A stretch of DNA of 64,000 nt from an uncultured Gammaproteobacteria bacterium (GCA_964590105.1 CAZPYM010000001.1:236746-300745), one strand, 5' to 3'; positions 26,955 to 37,585 are shown, numbered from the stretch's first letter. Numbers and translations are program-made. Notes: generated by a model not told the origin, from the letters alone.

Positions 26955-27179
26955 CTAGAATCCTTCGCCGGCAATGTTGACGGCGTGCATTAACACAATG
27001 CTTTTGCCGTTAGCCGCGGTTTGGCGGCAGATTTTCCGCCAATCTGAAGGCGAGTTTATATAAGTTTTGCATTTCGTGCATTCGGCGCCCTGGCACTTTG
27101 CCGCCAGGATCCCCGTGCAATCAGCCTGCGGACAAACTTGTCCAATGAGAGATGTTATAGTTGCCTTATTTTCCGGCAT
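26955..27179 (-). CDS. Small Cys-rich protein (6 Cys in 74 aa), unknown function
   Basis: SD CAGGAGG before the ATG. The Cys spacing suggests a metal-binding or disulfide fold. Confidence 0.45.
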   Translation of the reverse strand: MPENKATITSLIGQVCPQADCTGILAAKCQGAECTKCKTYINSPSDWRKICRQTAANGKSIVLMHAVNIAGEGF

Positions 27180-27315
27180 GTGAACCTCCTGTTTATTTGG
27201 ACTCCTATTATATTTTAATTCAATAACCTATGTTTAGCAATGTGGATAAGCGCATTTGTATGTTGCTATATACTAATAATAAAAAAAACGAACCACGTAA
27301 GGTTCGTTAGTAATG

Positions 27316-28101
27316 TTATTTTGTGAATTGCTGAATAAAGACTTCAGGAAATCCCTTGTGACGCATTTCTTTGACATGTTCTTTAGGCTCGTACTTTGTT
27401 CTATAGTATGTTACATTGATCCCAGAGGTTTCAATGGTGAGAATTGCATAAGTGAAGTGCAGACAGCCGTCTTTATCCGGCTTTTCACCGTCAATCGGAC
27501 GGCCAATACTGCCCGGATTAATCAGATAGCGTCTGCCTTTTGCCATATGAAAGATCTGACCGAATTGGTGGCAGTTTCTTTCTACGTAAGTGCCACGCGA
27601 AGACATGAAAATCGGAAAAGTATTATTGCCAAGAATCAGAATATTAGCATTGGCATAGAATGACTGCAAGAGGTCCAGTTCGCTGTGAATGCTGATTGTG
27701 TCATTGATCCGGCGGCCGCCGGTTGAATCAGCAAGAGTTGAATGTCCCATGACCAGCACATATCCGGTTATGATCGGGATGTGCTTGATCATTGTCATTT
27801 TGCACATCAGTGATCGGGTTTCCGGGTTGAACTGCGCCATTGTGAGGAGCAGCATTTTGTGCATATGCTCGCTCATTGGTCCAGCAAAAGTTCCATAGCC
27901 AACCAAATGCTCCATCTCACCGCGGGTTACAATAAATCGTCTTTTCATGGCAAGTTCCCAGCATTCGCGGGAGTGTGGTCCGTAGCCAATGACATTGCCC
28001 GCGCAGAAAATATGTTTGACTTGGTGGCGGCTGGCTTCAGTAAGAAATGCCTGCAAGGCAACCATGTTGCCGCAAATATCAGAGATGATTGCTAATTTCA
28101 T
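27316..28101 (-). CDS. Calcineurin-like metallophosphoesterase
   Basis: 'AIISDICGN' (DxH-like), 'GNVIGYGP' (GNH[DE]-like) and 'MGHS' motifs. 261 aa. Confidence 0.65.
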   Translation of the reverse strand: MKLAIISDICGNMVALQAFLTEASRHQVKHIFCAGNVIGYGPHSRECWELAMKRRFIVTRGEMEHLVGYGTFAGPMSEHMHKMLLLTMAQFNPETRSLMCKMTMIKHIPIITGYVLVMGHSTLADSTGGRRINDTISIHSELDLLQSFYANANILILGNNTFPIFMSSRGTYVERNCHQFGQIFHMAKGRRYLINPGSIGRPIDGEKPDKDGCLHFTYAILTIETSGINVTYYRTKYEPKEHVKEMRHKGFPEVFIQQFTK

Positions 28102-28277
28102 GCCGTCCCTCCTTTAAAATTTTTAAAAATCAGTTTCATTTTAGTATATCATGAGCAATGGCTGATGTCAAGCACGTTGATTTTGCGCGTTCATGTAATT
28201 ATGATAAAATATAACAAATTTTGGTAAATACAGTTTTGTTGTGAAGTTTTTAAATTAATTTAAAATTCAATAAGTAT

Positions 28278-28799
28278 ATGGACATAAAAAGCAAAATTCG
28301 CGAGGTGTCTGACTGGCCAATTGCCAGCGTCAATTTCAAAGATATAACAACTTTGCTAGAAGATGGCGAAACATTTCGTTATGTTATTGATAAAATGATT
28401 GAACCATTTAATGATCAAAAAATTGACAAAATTGTGGTCCTGGATGCCCGCGGTTTTTTATTGGGCACGCCCATGGCTTATAATTTGGGCATTGGCGTGT
28501 GTTTGGTCCGGAAGAAGGGCAAGCTGCCATATAAAACCGTTGAAGCTTCATATATGAAAGAATATGGACCTGACACAGTGACTATGCACGAAGACACAGT
28601 CAAACCGGGCGAGAAAGTTTTAATTGTTGATGATCTTTTAGCAACCGGAGGAACTCTTGGCGCGGCGATTGAACTGGTTGAAAAGTTGGGCGGAGACATC
28701 ATTGGCGTGAGTTTAATTATTGATTTGCCGTTTTTGGGTGGAAGCACCCAATTCGCAAAATATAATCTTAAATATTTAGTTTCATACGATTCAGAGTGA
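28278..28799 (+). CDS. apt: Adenine phosphoribosyltransferase
   Basis: 'VLIVDDLLATGGTLGAA' PRPP motif with overall APRT similarity. 173 aa. Confidence 0.85.
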   Translation: MDIKSKIREVSDWPIASVNFKDITTLLEDGETFRYVIDKMIEPFNDQKIDKIVVLDARGFLLGTPMAYNLGIGVCLVRKKGKLPYKTVEASYMKEYGPDTVTMHEDTVKPGEKVLIVDDLLATGGTLGAAIELVEKLGGDIIGVSLIIDLPFLGGSTQFAKYNLKYLVSYDSE

Positions 28800-28868
28800 G
28801 GAAAAGAGATACTAAGAGATTGAGAAGATTAAGACAATCAAGAGCTTTAAAGAAATAAGAGTGCAAAT

Positions 28869-29234
28869 ATGGGAGTGTCATTTAAAGAGTTGCGTGTGTG
28901 GCAAAAAGGTAATCAGCTATTATTATAGGTTTATGATATTACAGCAAAATTTCCCAAAGAAGAGAGATTCTCTTTAATCCAACAATTAAGAAAATCAGCA
29001 AATTCAATTATTGCAAATATTGCTGAATGTCATGGTAGATTTTATTTTAAAGATAAAATACGGGTTTTATATATTGCAAGAGGTGAACTTGATGAGACAA
29101 GAAGTCATCTATTAGTTGCTTTTCAGTTGAAATACATTTCGGAAGAAATTTATCAAGAATTGGAAAATGAATATGCAGGTTTGCTTATCGGGATCAATGA
29201 ATTCATATTAAACTATAAAAAACGCATTAATTAG
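28869..29234 (+). pseudogene. Four-helix-bundle protein (23S rRNA intervening-sequence-type, TIGR02436-like) with in-frame TAG at 28926-28928
   Basis: 'MGVSFKELRVWQKGNQLLL-TAG-VYDITAKFPKEERFSLIQQLRKSANSIIANIAECHGRFYFKDKIRVLYIARGELDETRSHL' matches the family across the stop. It is flanked by imperfect inverted repeats. Confidence 0.6.
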
Positions 29235-29283
29235 AATTTGGTATTCGATTTTTGTACTCTTAATCTCTTATTCACTTAATCTC

Positions 29284-30063
29284 TTGTATTTAAATTATAT
29301 GCACAAATTTGGTATCATTGGAGGAAGTGGGCTCGACGACCCGAAGCTGCTTGCAAATTATTTGGAAGTTGAAGTTGATACGCCATTTGGCAAGCCTTCA
29401 AGTAAACTAACAACCGGCCAGATTGGCGGGCATGAGGTTGTGCTTATTGCCAGACACGGCAAAGATCATTCAATTATGCCGACGAAAGTTCCATTCAGGG
29501 CAAATATTTGGGCGCTAAAAGAGCAAGGCTGCACGCATGTTTTGGCGACGACTGCCTGCGGATCATTAAAAGAAGAAATAGCTCCAAGCGATTTTGTTTT
29601 CCTAGACCAGTTTGTCGACTTTACCAAACACAGGATTTTAACTTTTTATGAAGACCCAGCCTTCGCTAAAGCTACGGCCGGCGAGAAGGTTGTTCATACG
29701 CCTATGGCTGAACCGTTTGACAAGAATTTGCGAGCTAAACTGATTGAAGCCGCACGCCATCTTAACCTCAAATTTCATGAAAAGGGGACTATGATCACTA
29801 TTGAAGGTCCAAGGTTTTCCACTAAAGCTGAAAGTCACTTATTTAGAAGCTGGGGAATTGATGTAATCAATATGTCTACTGTTCCAGAGGTAATTTTAGC
29901 TAATGAACTTGGCATTCCTTATCAATCAATCGCCATGGCCACTGATTATGATTGCTGGAAAGAAGGAGAAGAAGCAGTAACGCTTGAAATAGTTTTTGCG
30001 CGGATGGCGGAAAATGCGGATTTGGTAAAAAAATTACTACTTGAAACAATTAAAAACTCATAA
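29284..30063 (+). CDS. mtnP: S-methyl-5'-thioadenosine phosphorylase
   Basis: '[12 protein letters not shown]' and '[10 protein letters not shown]' motifs with strong overall MTAP similarity. The likely start is Met at 29299. Confidence 0.85.
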   Translation: MYLNYMHKFGIIGGSGLDDPKLLANYLEVEVDTPFGKPSSKLTTGQIGGHEVVLIARHGKDHSIMPTKVPFRANIWALKEQGCTHVLATTACGSLKEEIAPSDFVFLDQFVDFTKHRILTFYEDPAFAKATAGEKVVHTPMAEPFDKNLRAKLIEAARHLNLKFHEKGTMITIEGPRFSTKAESHLFRSWGIDVINMSTVPEVILANELGIPYQSIAMATDYDCWKEGEEAVTLEIVFARMAENADLVKKLLLETIKNS

Positions 30064-30305
30064 TAAATCACAAGAAAGGGATATATCAAGGCTCCCTTTT
30101 TGTGTTGCCTAAATTTACACGCATTAGCGCAAAGGTTATCCACACATACCCTTGCTGACCCCTTTTGACACTTCCTGCACTGTGCTAAAATGTAATTGAT
30201 AATATGCAAAAGACAAACAAACCCTTCGACTCCTCGTTCCTTGTCGCTCCTGTCTTCGTTGAAACTATGACAGGCAGGCAGGGTGACAAATTAAAATAAA
30301 ATAGT

Positions 30306-30548
30306 ATGGAAATTAAGCCTGATGAATTATACACAACGGAAGAAGCGCAAAGCTTTCTTAGAATTAGTAATAGTACTATTAAAAGATTAATCAAAAACGG
30401 TTTGATTAAAGCAAATAAGATTGGCGGACGCTATCGGATACTTGGAAAGGATCTGTTGCATGCGATTTCACCTGAAGTTGAATCCAGAACTGCTAATTTT
30501 TATATTAAGATAAAGAAAAAGATTAAGGAAAAAGTGGAGGATTGGTAA
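30306..30548 (+). CDS. Excisionase/MerR-like helix-turn-helix DNA-binding protein at head of glycan locus
   Basis: 'TTEEAQSFLRISNSTIKRLIKNGLIKANKIGGRYRI' HTH_17-type motif. 80 aa. Confidence 0.5.
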   Translation: MEIKPDELYTTEEAQSFLRISNSTIKRLIKNGLIKANKIGGRYRILGKDLLHAISPEVESRTANFYIKIKKKIKEKVEDW

Positions 30549-30563
30549 ATAGCTTATGAAAAT

Positions 30564-31844
30564 ATGAATATAGTATGTATTGGCGCCGGCTATGTCGGAC
30601 TTGTCAGCGGAACATGCTTGGCGGAATTGGGACATAACGTCACCTGCGTTGATAATGACGAGGAAAAAATTAAATTACTAAATTCTGGCCAGGTTCCGTT
30701 TTTTGAGCCAGGTTTATCAGACCTGATTACCAAAAATCAACAATCGGGTTCGTTAAAATTCGCTTCATCGCTTTCTGACATTATTAAAAATGCTGATATT
30801 GTCTTTATTTGTGTTGGAACGCCGCCAAGAGAAAATGGACAAGCGGATCTAGGCTTTGTCTTTCAGGTCGCGGAAGATATAGGCAAAATACTGGATAAAC
30901 ATATTGTTGTTGTAACAAAAAGCACTGTGCCGGTGGGGACAAATCAGAAAATTAAAAAAATAATTAAAAAAAATTATCAGGGTAATTTCGATGTGGCTTC
31001 TTGTCCTGAATTTTTACGTGAAGGATCAGCGATAAATGATTTTATGAATCCCGATCGAATTGTGATCGGGACAGAAGCAGCGGGCGCAAAAAGACTGCTT
31101 TTACAACTTTATGAAAAGATAGATTGTCCAAAAGTTTTGTGTAATTTAGAAACCGCTGAAATGATTAAATACGCCGCCAACGCTTTTCTGGCTACAAAAA
31201 TTTCCTTTATAAATGAAATTGCCAATGTTTGCGAAAATGTTGGCGCTGACGTTGAACAAGTTGCGGAAGGCATGGGGCTTGATAAACGAATTGGAAAAGC
31301 ATTCCTTCGCGCGGGAATCGGTTATGGAGGCAGTTGTTTTCCAAAAGATGTAAGAGCGCTACATCATATTGCCGGGCAAAACGGCTATCCGTTTCAATTA
31401 TTAAGGGCGGTTATTGAAGTGAATAATCAGCAAAGATGGTTGTTCTACAAAAAAATAAAAGAAGCTCTTGGCTGCCTAGAAAATAAAACAATTGCAGTTT
31501 GGGGATTGTCATTTAAGCCTGACACTGATGATGTCAGAGAATCAATAAGTATAGATTTAATTGAAAAATTAGTTGAGGATGGCGCGATTGTAAAGGCATA
31601 TGATCCTCAGGCAATGAAAAACACGCAAAAAATATTTGGGGATAAAATTCAATATTGCTTTTCCGCAGAATATGCGATCGAGAATGCTGATTGTTTATTG
31701 ATAGTTACTGAATGGGATGAGTTTATGAATTTTGATTTTAGTGCTGTCTTTAAGATGAAACAAAAAATAATTCTTGATGGAAGAAATTTATTTCGCAAAG
31801 AAGAATTGGCGATTAAAGGATTTAAATATATAGCTATTGGTTAG
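30564..31844 (+). CDS. ugd: UDP-glucose 6-dehydrogenase
   Basis: 'MNIVCIGAGYVGLVSGTCLAELGH' and 'GGSCFPKDV' catalytic Cys motif. Confidence 0.85.
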   Translation: MNIVCIGAGYVGLVSGTCLAELGHNVTCVDNDEEKIKLLNSGQVPFFEPGLSDLITKNQQSGSLKFASSLSDIIKNADIVFICVGTPPRENGQADLGFVFQVAEDIGKILDKHIVVVTKSTVPVGTNQKIKKIIKKNYQGNFDVASCPEFLREGSAINDFMNPDRIVIGTEAAGAKRLLLQLYEKIDCPKVLCNLETAEMIKYAANAFLATKISFINEIANVCENVGADVEQVAEGMGLDKRIGKAFLRAGIGYGGSCFPKDVRALHHIAGQNGYPFQLLRAVIEVNNQQRWLFYKKIKEALGCLENKTIAVWGLSFKPDTDDVRESISIDLIEKLVEDGAIVKAYDPQAMKNTQKIFGDKIQYCFSAEYAIENADCLLIVTEWDEFMNFDFSAVFKMKQKIILDGRNLFRKEELAIKGFKYIAIG

Positions 31845-31969
31845 CACATTAGCCTGCCCCTGTCCCTACCTATATGTTAGGAAGCAATATAATCCAGTCA
31901 AAACCATTAAACAAGGCAAATGAAAATTATTCGTTATTCTTAATGCTATAAATATTTTTCTGTTAAAAT

Positions 31970-33631
31970 ATGAATTTGAATTTCAAAAAATACTTTCAGC
32001 ATCCTGCATTAATCTATATAATATATATTATTTTTATAATTTTATGTTCGCCCAGCGGTTTTTCTTGGTTAAATAAAATCATTTTTTCTTTATGCGCGCT
32101 TGTCCCGTTCTGGATAGTTCGCGAGAAATTATTAAATTACAAAAAAGCAAATATCCTACCTATTAATTTGTCAAAATACAACAAGTATTTTGTCGCGTTA
32201 TTGTGTTTTGCGTTATTTTTTTTTATTGCATCAAAGATTTTTCTGTTCATAAAATACGGCATAGCTCCGCTCGGCTACGATACTGGATTTTATTTAAGGG
32301 GCGTATCAGCAATGGGATTGGCGACAACAAAACTTAATGCCGTTAATGCGTATTATTTTATTTTCACGCCATTGCTATCTTTAGGAATGGAGCCTCTTAT
32401 TGCCTTTTATTCAATCTGCATATTTTCTCAGTTCTTGACGCTTATAGCCCTATGTTTCCTGCTGAAAACATTTAGGTCGCCAACGTCGTTTAATCTCGCC
32501 ATTATTGCAATATTTTTATATGCAATGTCTAGTGTTCAATTTCTTGGATATTGGAATGTCTTTGGCCAACAGCTTCTGGCAATGCCCTTTTTGTTAATTT
32601 CCGTGGCATTATTAATGCGAAGATCTGTTCTTGCGATTTTTACGGCAGGAATTACCTTTTTACTTCACACAGCGACAGCCGGGGTGCTATTTCTGGGGAT
32701 TGCTATTTATTATATAATTTATTTTTTTCAGTTATTCTCCAAAAATCGTTATTGTTACAAAAGCCATTTTTCAATCGTAATCATTGGTATAGTGCTTGCT
32801 GTGCCGTTTTATATATTAAAATCAATTACTTTCAAGGGACAACTGGATTACATTATTCATTTTGGCGGCCTGCTAAAAAATGTTCCTTTTTGGCAAATAC
32901 CTGAGTTAAGCGGCTTTTTTATTGGTATTCAGCAATTCAATATTCTGACGCTTTTTATTATTCCGCTTGCGCTTACGACCTTGCTAAATCCAGCAGTTTG
33001 GCTTCGTGAAAAAGTCAATAAATCGTTTTTCTTCAATTCTTTACTGATTAACTATGTTTTTCTAGCATTATTAGCGATTCTGGCCTTGTCCCCCGTCATT
33101 TATCAAACACGATTCAATTTAATGCTGGATCTTTTTTTAATAATATTCGCCACGCCGACAATTTTGATTTTAATTGAATATTTTATTAAAGACAAAACAG
33201 GTAGATTGATTTTACTTGCCATGATCTTTTTGTTTACTGTGAATTTTTGCCTTATTGCAAACAAGCAACAGCCTTTGATTTCAAAATCAGAACTTCAAGA
33301 AATTAAATCCCTGGCGTCAAAAGTTGAAAGTAATGCAAAAATTATGACGACAAGCAGCACATATACACCATGGCTTTATGGTTTTTATGGTCGTGAAGTA
33401 ATCGCTCCAGGCAGGCTTGGGGATACTTGGGAATTGGAAACCTGGAAAGAATTTTGGTTTGGCGATTCAGACAAAAAACGGCTTGAACTGCTAAAAACGA
33501 GGCCAATGCCACTTTATGTTTATATTGGAGAAAAAGAACTTGATGGCAATCCCTATCAAAATTTTGTCAATAATGATCCCCATTTTGAAAATATTACAGA
33601 ACACCTTTGGAAATTCAAACAGGAGTTATGA
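31970..33631 (+). CDS. Polytopic membrane protein (possible polymerase / GT-C-like)
   Basis: About 12 or more TM helices with a C-terminal soluble domain. No motif assigned. Confidence 0.3.
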   Translation: MNLNFKKYFQHPALIYIIYIIFIILCSPSGFSWLNKIIFSLCALVPFWIVREKLLNYKKANILPINLSKYNKYFVALLCFALFFFIASKIFLFIKYGIAPLGYDTGFYLRGVSAMGLATTKLNAVNAYYFIFTPLLSLGMEPLIAFYSICIFSQFLTLIALCFLLKTFRSPTSFNLAIIAIFLYAMSSVQFLGYWNVFGQQLLAMPFLLISVALLMRRSVLAIFTAGITFLLHTATAGVLFLGIAIYYIIYFFQLFSKNRYCYKSHFSIVIIGIVLAVPFYILKSITFKGQLDYIIHFGGLLKNVPFWQIPELSGFFIGIQQFNILTLFIIPLALTTLLNPAVWLREKVNKSFFFNSLLINYVFLALLAILALSPVIYQTRFNLMLDLFLIIFATPTILILIEYFIKDKTGRLILLAMIFLFTVNFCLIANKQQPLISKSELQEIKSLASKVESNAKIMTTSSTYTPWLYGFYGREVIAPGRLGDTWELETWKEFWFGDSDKKRLELLKTRPMPLYVYIGEKELDGNPYQNFVNNDPHFENITEHLWKFKQEL

Positions 33632-34056
33632 AAAAAATTATAAATGGTAGACAACTAATCAAAATAGGCATATTGATATTAATAATGAATATTTGCGCTT
33701 TTATTATTTCATTTCACTACTCCTTGCTCAGATCTTTTAACATTATTTTAGGGTCGTTTTTTGTTTTCTGGCTTCCTGGTTTTTGCTTAACTTATATCTT
33801 TTTCTCTTGTATCAGCTCAAATAAATCCGAACATGAGCAGGGAAAAGAGGATCAATCATTAAATTGGGTCGAAAGAGCTTTACTGGCGCCATTTTTATCC
33901 ATTACTCTTCTTGTCTTTGAACTAACAGTTATCAAGACCTTTAATATTAAACTAGGATCTTTTTCTGCTGTCCTTGTTCTTTTATTTGTTAATCAAGCTG
34001 TTATCTTGTTTGCTCTGTTTATTTATAAATTTAATCAAAGGAATAAACTAAATTAA
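33607..34056 (+). CDS. Small integral membrane protein
   Basis: Four predicted TM helices. Confidence 0.3.
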   Translation: MEIQTGVMKKIINGRQLIKIGILILIMNICAFIISFHYSLLRSFNIILGSFFVFWLPGFCLTYIFFSCISSNKSEHEQGKEDQSLNWVERALLAPFLSITLLVFELTVIKTFNIKLGSFSAVLVLLFVNQAVILFALFIYKFNQRNKLN

Positions 34057-34060
34057 TTAT

Positions 34061-35101
34061 ATGAAAAAAGCGTTAATTACCGGCATTACAGGGCAAGACG
34101 GCTCATATCTAGCTGAATTGCTTTTGGAAAAGGGCTATGAAGTCCATGGTATAATTCGCCGAGCTTCAACATTTAATACTGGTCGATTGCAGCATATTTA
34201 TCAAGATCCGCATATAGCTAATAAAACATTGTATTTACATTACGGCGATATTTCTGATGCCAGTAACTTGAATCGAATAATAGAGAAAATAGCTCCAGAA
34301 GAAATTTATCATCTCGGCGCGCAAAGCCATGTCCGCGTGAGTTTTGATTTGCCGGAATATACCGGTGATGTCACGGGACTTAGTACTACGAGGATTCTTG
34401 ATGCGATCAAAGAAACTAAAATACCGACAAAATATTATCAAGCGTCATCTTCTGAAATGTTTGGCAAGGTATGTCAGGAGGACTTGCCGATTAATGAAAA
34501 AACGCCTTTTTGTCCCCGATCGCCATACGGTTGCGCCAAAGTTTACGCATATTGGATTACAAAAAATTACAGAGAATCATATAATATTTTTGCATGCAAC
34601 GGGATTCTTTTCAATCACGAGTCGCCTCGACGTGGTGAAACTTTTGTTACGCGAAAAATTACTCGAGCGCTCGTGCGTATTAAGCTCGGGTTTGATGAAA
34701 AGTTGTATTTGGGTAATTTAGATGCCAAGCGAGACTGGGGATATGCCAAAGATTTTGTTTACGGCATGTGGCTAATGCTTCAAGCGGATAAACCAGATGA
34801 TTATATTTTAGCTACGAATGAATCCCATAGCGTGAGGGAATTCGTGGAAAAAGCCGCTAGTTATCTTGGATTTGAAATTGGTTGGCGCGGAGTAGGAATA
34901 GAGGAAAAGGGTATAGACCGTAGGTCAGGAAAAACGATAATCGAAATTGACCCCCAGTATTTTCGGCCGACCGAAATTGATGTTTTGCTGGGCAATTATT
35001 CCAAGGCGAAAAGCATTCTGAATTGGCAGCCTGAAATTAAATTTAATAAACTGGTGGAACTCATGGTCGATTCTGACCTGAAATCCGCAGTATTAAAATA
35101 A
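34061..35101 (+). CDS. gmd: GDP-mannose 4,6-dehydratase
   Basis: '[50 protein letters not shown]' is near-identical in pattern to Gmd. Confidence 0.9.
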   Translation: MKKALITGITGQDGSYLAELLLEKGYEVHGIIRRASTFNTGRLQHIYQDPHIANKTLYLHYGDISDASNLNRIIEKIAPEEIYHLGAQSHVRVSFDLPEYTGDVTGLSTTRILDAIKETKIPTKYYQASSSEMFGKVCQEDLPINEKTPFCPRSPYGCAKVYAYWITKNYRESYNIFACNGILFNHESPRRGETFVTRKITRALVRIKLGFDEKLYLGNLDAKRDWGYAKDFVYGMWLMLQADKPDDYILATNESHSVREFVEKAASYLGFEIGWRGVGIEEKGIDRRSGKTIIEIDPQYFRPTEIDVLLGNYSKAKSILNWQPEIKFNKLVELMVDSDLKSAVLK

Positions 35102-35112
35102 ATTTTTATTCT

Positions 35113-36054
35113 ATGGAAAAAACTTCATCAATCTATGTCGCTGGGCACAAAGGATTGGTCGGGTCGGCCATTCTACGTCGATTACAAAGTATGGGGTACA
35201 GGAATTTTATTCTAAAAGACAGGAAGGATATCAACCTCATCTGCCAAAACGAAGTGGAAAATCTTTTTTCGGAGACTAAACCCGAATATGTTTTTCTAGC
35301 CGCCGCTAAAGTAGGCGGCATCATGGGAAATAAAATGCATAAAGCTGACTTTATTTACCAAAATTTACAGATTCAGAATAATATAATTTATAACTCGTGG
35401 AATAATAACGTAAAAAAATTATTATTTTTAGGTTCATCGTGCATTTATCCTCGAAACTGTCCGCAACCGATGAAGGAAGAATATTTATTAACCGGGCTAC
35501 TCGAGGAGACAAACGACGCATATGCTATTGCCAAAATAGCTGGGATTAAAATGTGCCAATCATACAATGAACAATATGGCACAAATTTTATTTCTGTCAT
35601 GCCGACGAATCTTTATGGCATCAATGACAATTTTGATATCAACAAGGGGCATGTTTTACCGTCATTAATAAATAAAATCTATTTAGCAAAAATCAATAAT
35701 CAACCTGCAGTTGAACTATGGGGCACGGGAACACCTCTCCGAGAATTTTTATATGTTGATGATTTAGCCGATGCCTGCGTTTATTTAATGAACAATTATG
35801 ATAAATCAGGGATTGTTAATATTGGAACCGGCGAAGAAATTTCTATAAAAGATTTAGCCGACATGATTAAAAAAATTGTTGGATACCGGGGACAATTGAT
35901 TTGGGATGCAAATAAACCGGACGGAACACCGCGCAAGCTTCTTGACGTTTCGTTGCTTCAAGGTCTTGGCTGGAAGCATAAAGTCAATTTAGAAATCGGG
36001 ATCCAGCAAGCGTATAATTGGTTTTTGAAAAACTATGGATCACTAAGGAGATAA
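35113..36054 (+). CDS. fcl: GDP-L-fucose synthase
   Basis: 'IYVAGHKGLVGSAILRRL', 'AAAKVGGI', 'DFIYQN' and 'LLFLGSSCIYP' match Fcl. Confidence 0.85.
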   Translation: MEKTSSIYVAGHKGLVGSAILRRLQSMGYRNFILKDRKDINLICQNEVENLFSETKPEYVFLAAAKVGGIMGNKMHKADFIYQNLQIQNNIIYNSWNNNVKKLLFLGSSCIYPRNCPQPMKEEYLLTGLLEETNDAYAIAKIAGIKMCQSYNEQYGTNFISVMPTNLYGINDNFDINKGHVLPSLINKIYLAKINNQPAVELWGTGTPLREFLYVDDLADACVYLMNNYDKSGIVNIGTGEEISIKDLADMIKKIVGYRGQLIWDANKPDGTPRKLLDVSLLQGLGWKHKVNLEIGIQQAYNWFLKNYGSLRR

Positions 36055-36112
36055 TGGTCGGCTGAGAGTTGTTTAAATCTGGAATAATATTAATTATATC
36101 GACTCAAACACA

Positions 36113-37576
36113 TTGAAAAATCAACAAAGTTTAAGAACGAAGGTTATACGTGGCAGTATTTGGAACGTAACAGGAACGATAGCGTCACAAGCAATCAAAA
36201 TTGTTTCCATGATTGTGATTGCCAGATTATTAACGCCGAATGACTTTGCTATTGCCGGACTATCCACTGCCGCGACGCAAATGATAATTTTGTTTGGAGG
36301 TTTTGGATTTGGTGAAGCCTTAATAGCAAGAAAAGAAATAACAAAACAAAGCTGCCATACGGTTTTTTGGACTACAGCCGCAATCAAAATCATACTTTGC
36401 TTAATAATATGCTGTCTAGCCGGAACATTAGCAAATTTTTACAAAAATCAAGAATTAGTAAAACCAATCATCTTTATCGGTGTCGGTCTTATTTTTTCCA
36501 TTGGTAATATTGTCCCTGCTAATTTATTATATAGAGAGATGCGTTTTTTTGAATTAAATGTTGTTAATTTCCTCACTGCTGTAATTTCTGTTGTCATCGC
36601 CATATTCTTGGCGATAAAAGGTTTCAGCTATTGGGCAATCATTGTTCCAGCCGTCATTATTACGCCGATTCGGACAATCACGCAATCAATTATAGTCAAA
36701 TATTATCCGAGACTAAAATTTTCATGGCAAGAGTTACGTCAAATGGCTAATTTTGGGTTTTTTATACTTGGCACAAAGCTAGCCAGATTTTTTGCGGAAA
36801 ATGGCGATTACTTGATTCTCGGCAGATTTTTACCCACCGCTTTATTTGGTCAGTACTACTTCGCGTATGAAAAGGCACGCCTAACTATCGATACCATCGC
36901 GCCGCAACTGGAAAACACACTTTTCCCAGCATTTAGTAAAATGCAGGATAATATCGCAAGGCTTCGGGATAAATGCCTTGAAGCGACGCAAATGATTTCA
37001 TGGATCACTTATCCGCTAAGTATTATTTTGATTCTATTGGCTAGACCGCTCGTGCCGATTGTTTTTGGTGAACAATGGCGGCCGGCTATAGTTGTTTTTC
37101 AATTTTTTTGTGCCTATGCCTTTACTTATTATCTGTGGGGTTCGGCGCAAATGACTCTTTATTCGCTCAGCCGACCTCAATCAATTTTTTATTTTGAATT
37201 AATTAAATTCGGTATTCTATTGCCGCTCTTATTCTATACTGGTTCAAAGGGTTTTAGCATTGAGCAAATCGCTACATACTTATTATTAATAACATCGCTC
37301 CTAAACGTTGGCATGACAATATATATTTATCGATTACTAAAAACGACCTTAAAAAAATTCATTTGTAATTTTTGTTCCTTGTGGATTGCAAGCGGAATAT
37401 TGGTGCTAACTGGTTTAATGGCAATTCATTGGCTTAACAATTTTAGTTTTTCTTATACAATTTACAATTTAATTTGTTTAGGATTAGCTGGGATCATAAT
37501 CTATGTGATTAGCTTGATGGTTTTTGAAAAAAATTTCATCGGAAAGATAAAATCAGTTGTTCAAATGATTAAATAA
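36113..37576 (+). CDS. wzx: Wzx-type oligosaccharide flippase (MOP superfamily)
   Basis: Twelve or more TM helices and a typical polysaccharide-biosynthesis flippase N-terminus. Confidence 0.55.
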   Translation: MKNQQSLRTKVIRGSIWNVTGTIASQAIKIVSMIVIARLLTPNDFAIAGLSTAATQMIILFGGFGFGEALIARKEITKQSCHTVFWTTAAIKIILCLIICCLAGTLANFYKNQELVKPIIFIGVGLIFSIGNIVPANLLYREMRFFELNVVNFLTAVISVVIAIFLAIKGFSYWAIIVPAVIITPIRTITQSIIVKYYPRLKFSWQELRQMANFGFFILGTKLARFFAENGDYLILGRFLPTALFGQYYFAYEKARLTIDTIAPQLENTLFPAFSKMQDNIARLRDKCLEATQMISWITYPLSIILILLARPLVPIVFGEQWRPAIVVFQFFCAYAFTYYLWGSAQMTLYSLSRPQSIFYFELIKFGILLPLLFYTGSKGFSIEQIATYLLLITSLLNVGMTIYIYRLLKTTLKKFICNFCSLWIASGILVLTGLMAIHWLNNFSFSYTIYNLICLGLAGIIIYVISLMVFEKNFIGKIKSVVQMIK

Positions 37577-37585
37577 AAAAATAAT

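Noticed and set aside
28926-28928. Stop-codon reassignment (TAG read as sense)
   Set aside because: TAG terminates several confident genes in the same window (for example 6030-7595 and 11496-12056), and TGA and TAA are also used as stops. A single in-frame TAG is better explained as a pseudogene or read-through.
30306-30548. Excisionase-like HTH as evidence of a prophage or integrative element
   Set aside because: No integrase, recombinase, transposase, att-like direct repeats or phage structural genes are found anywhere in the window. The gene is kept only as a possible regulator or remnant.
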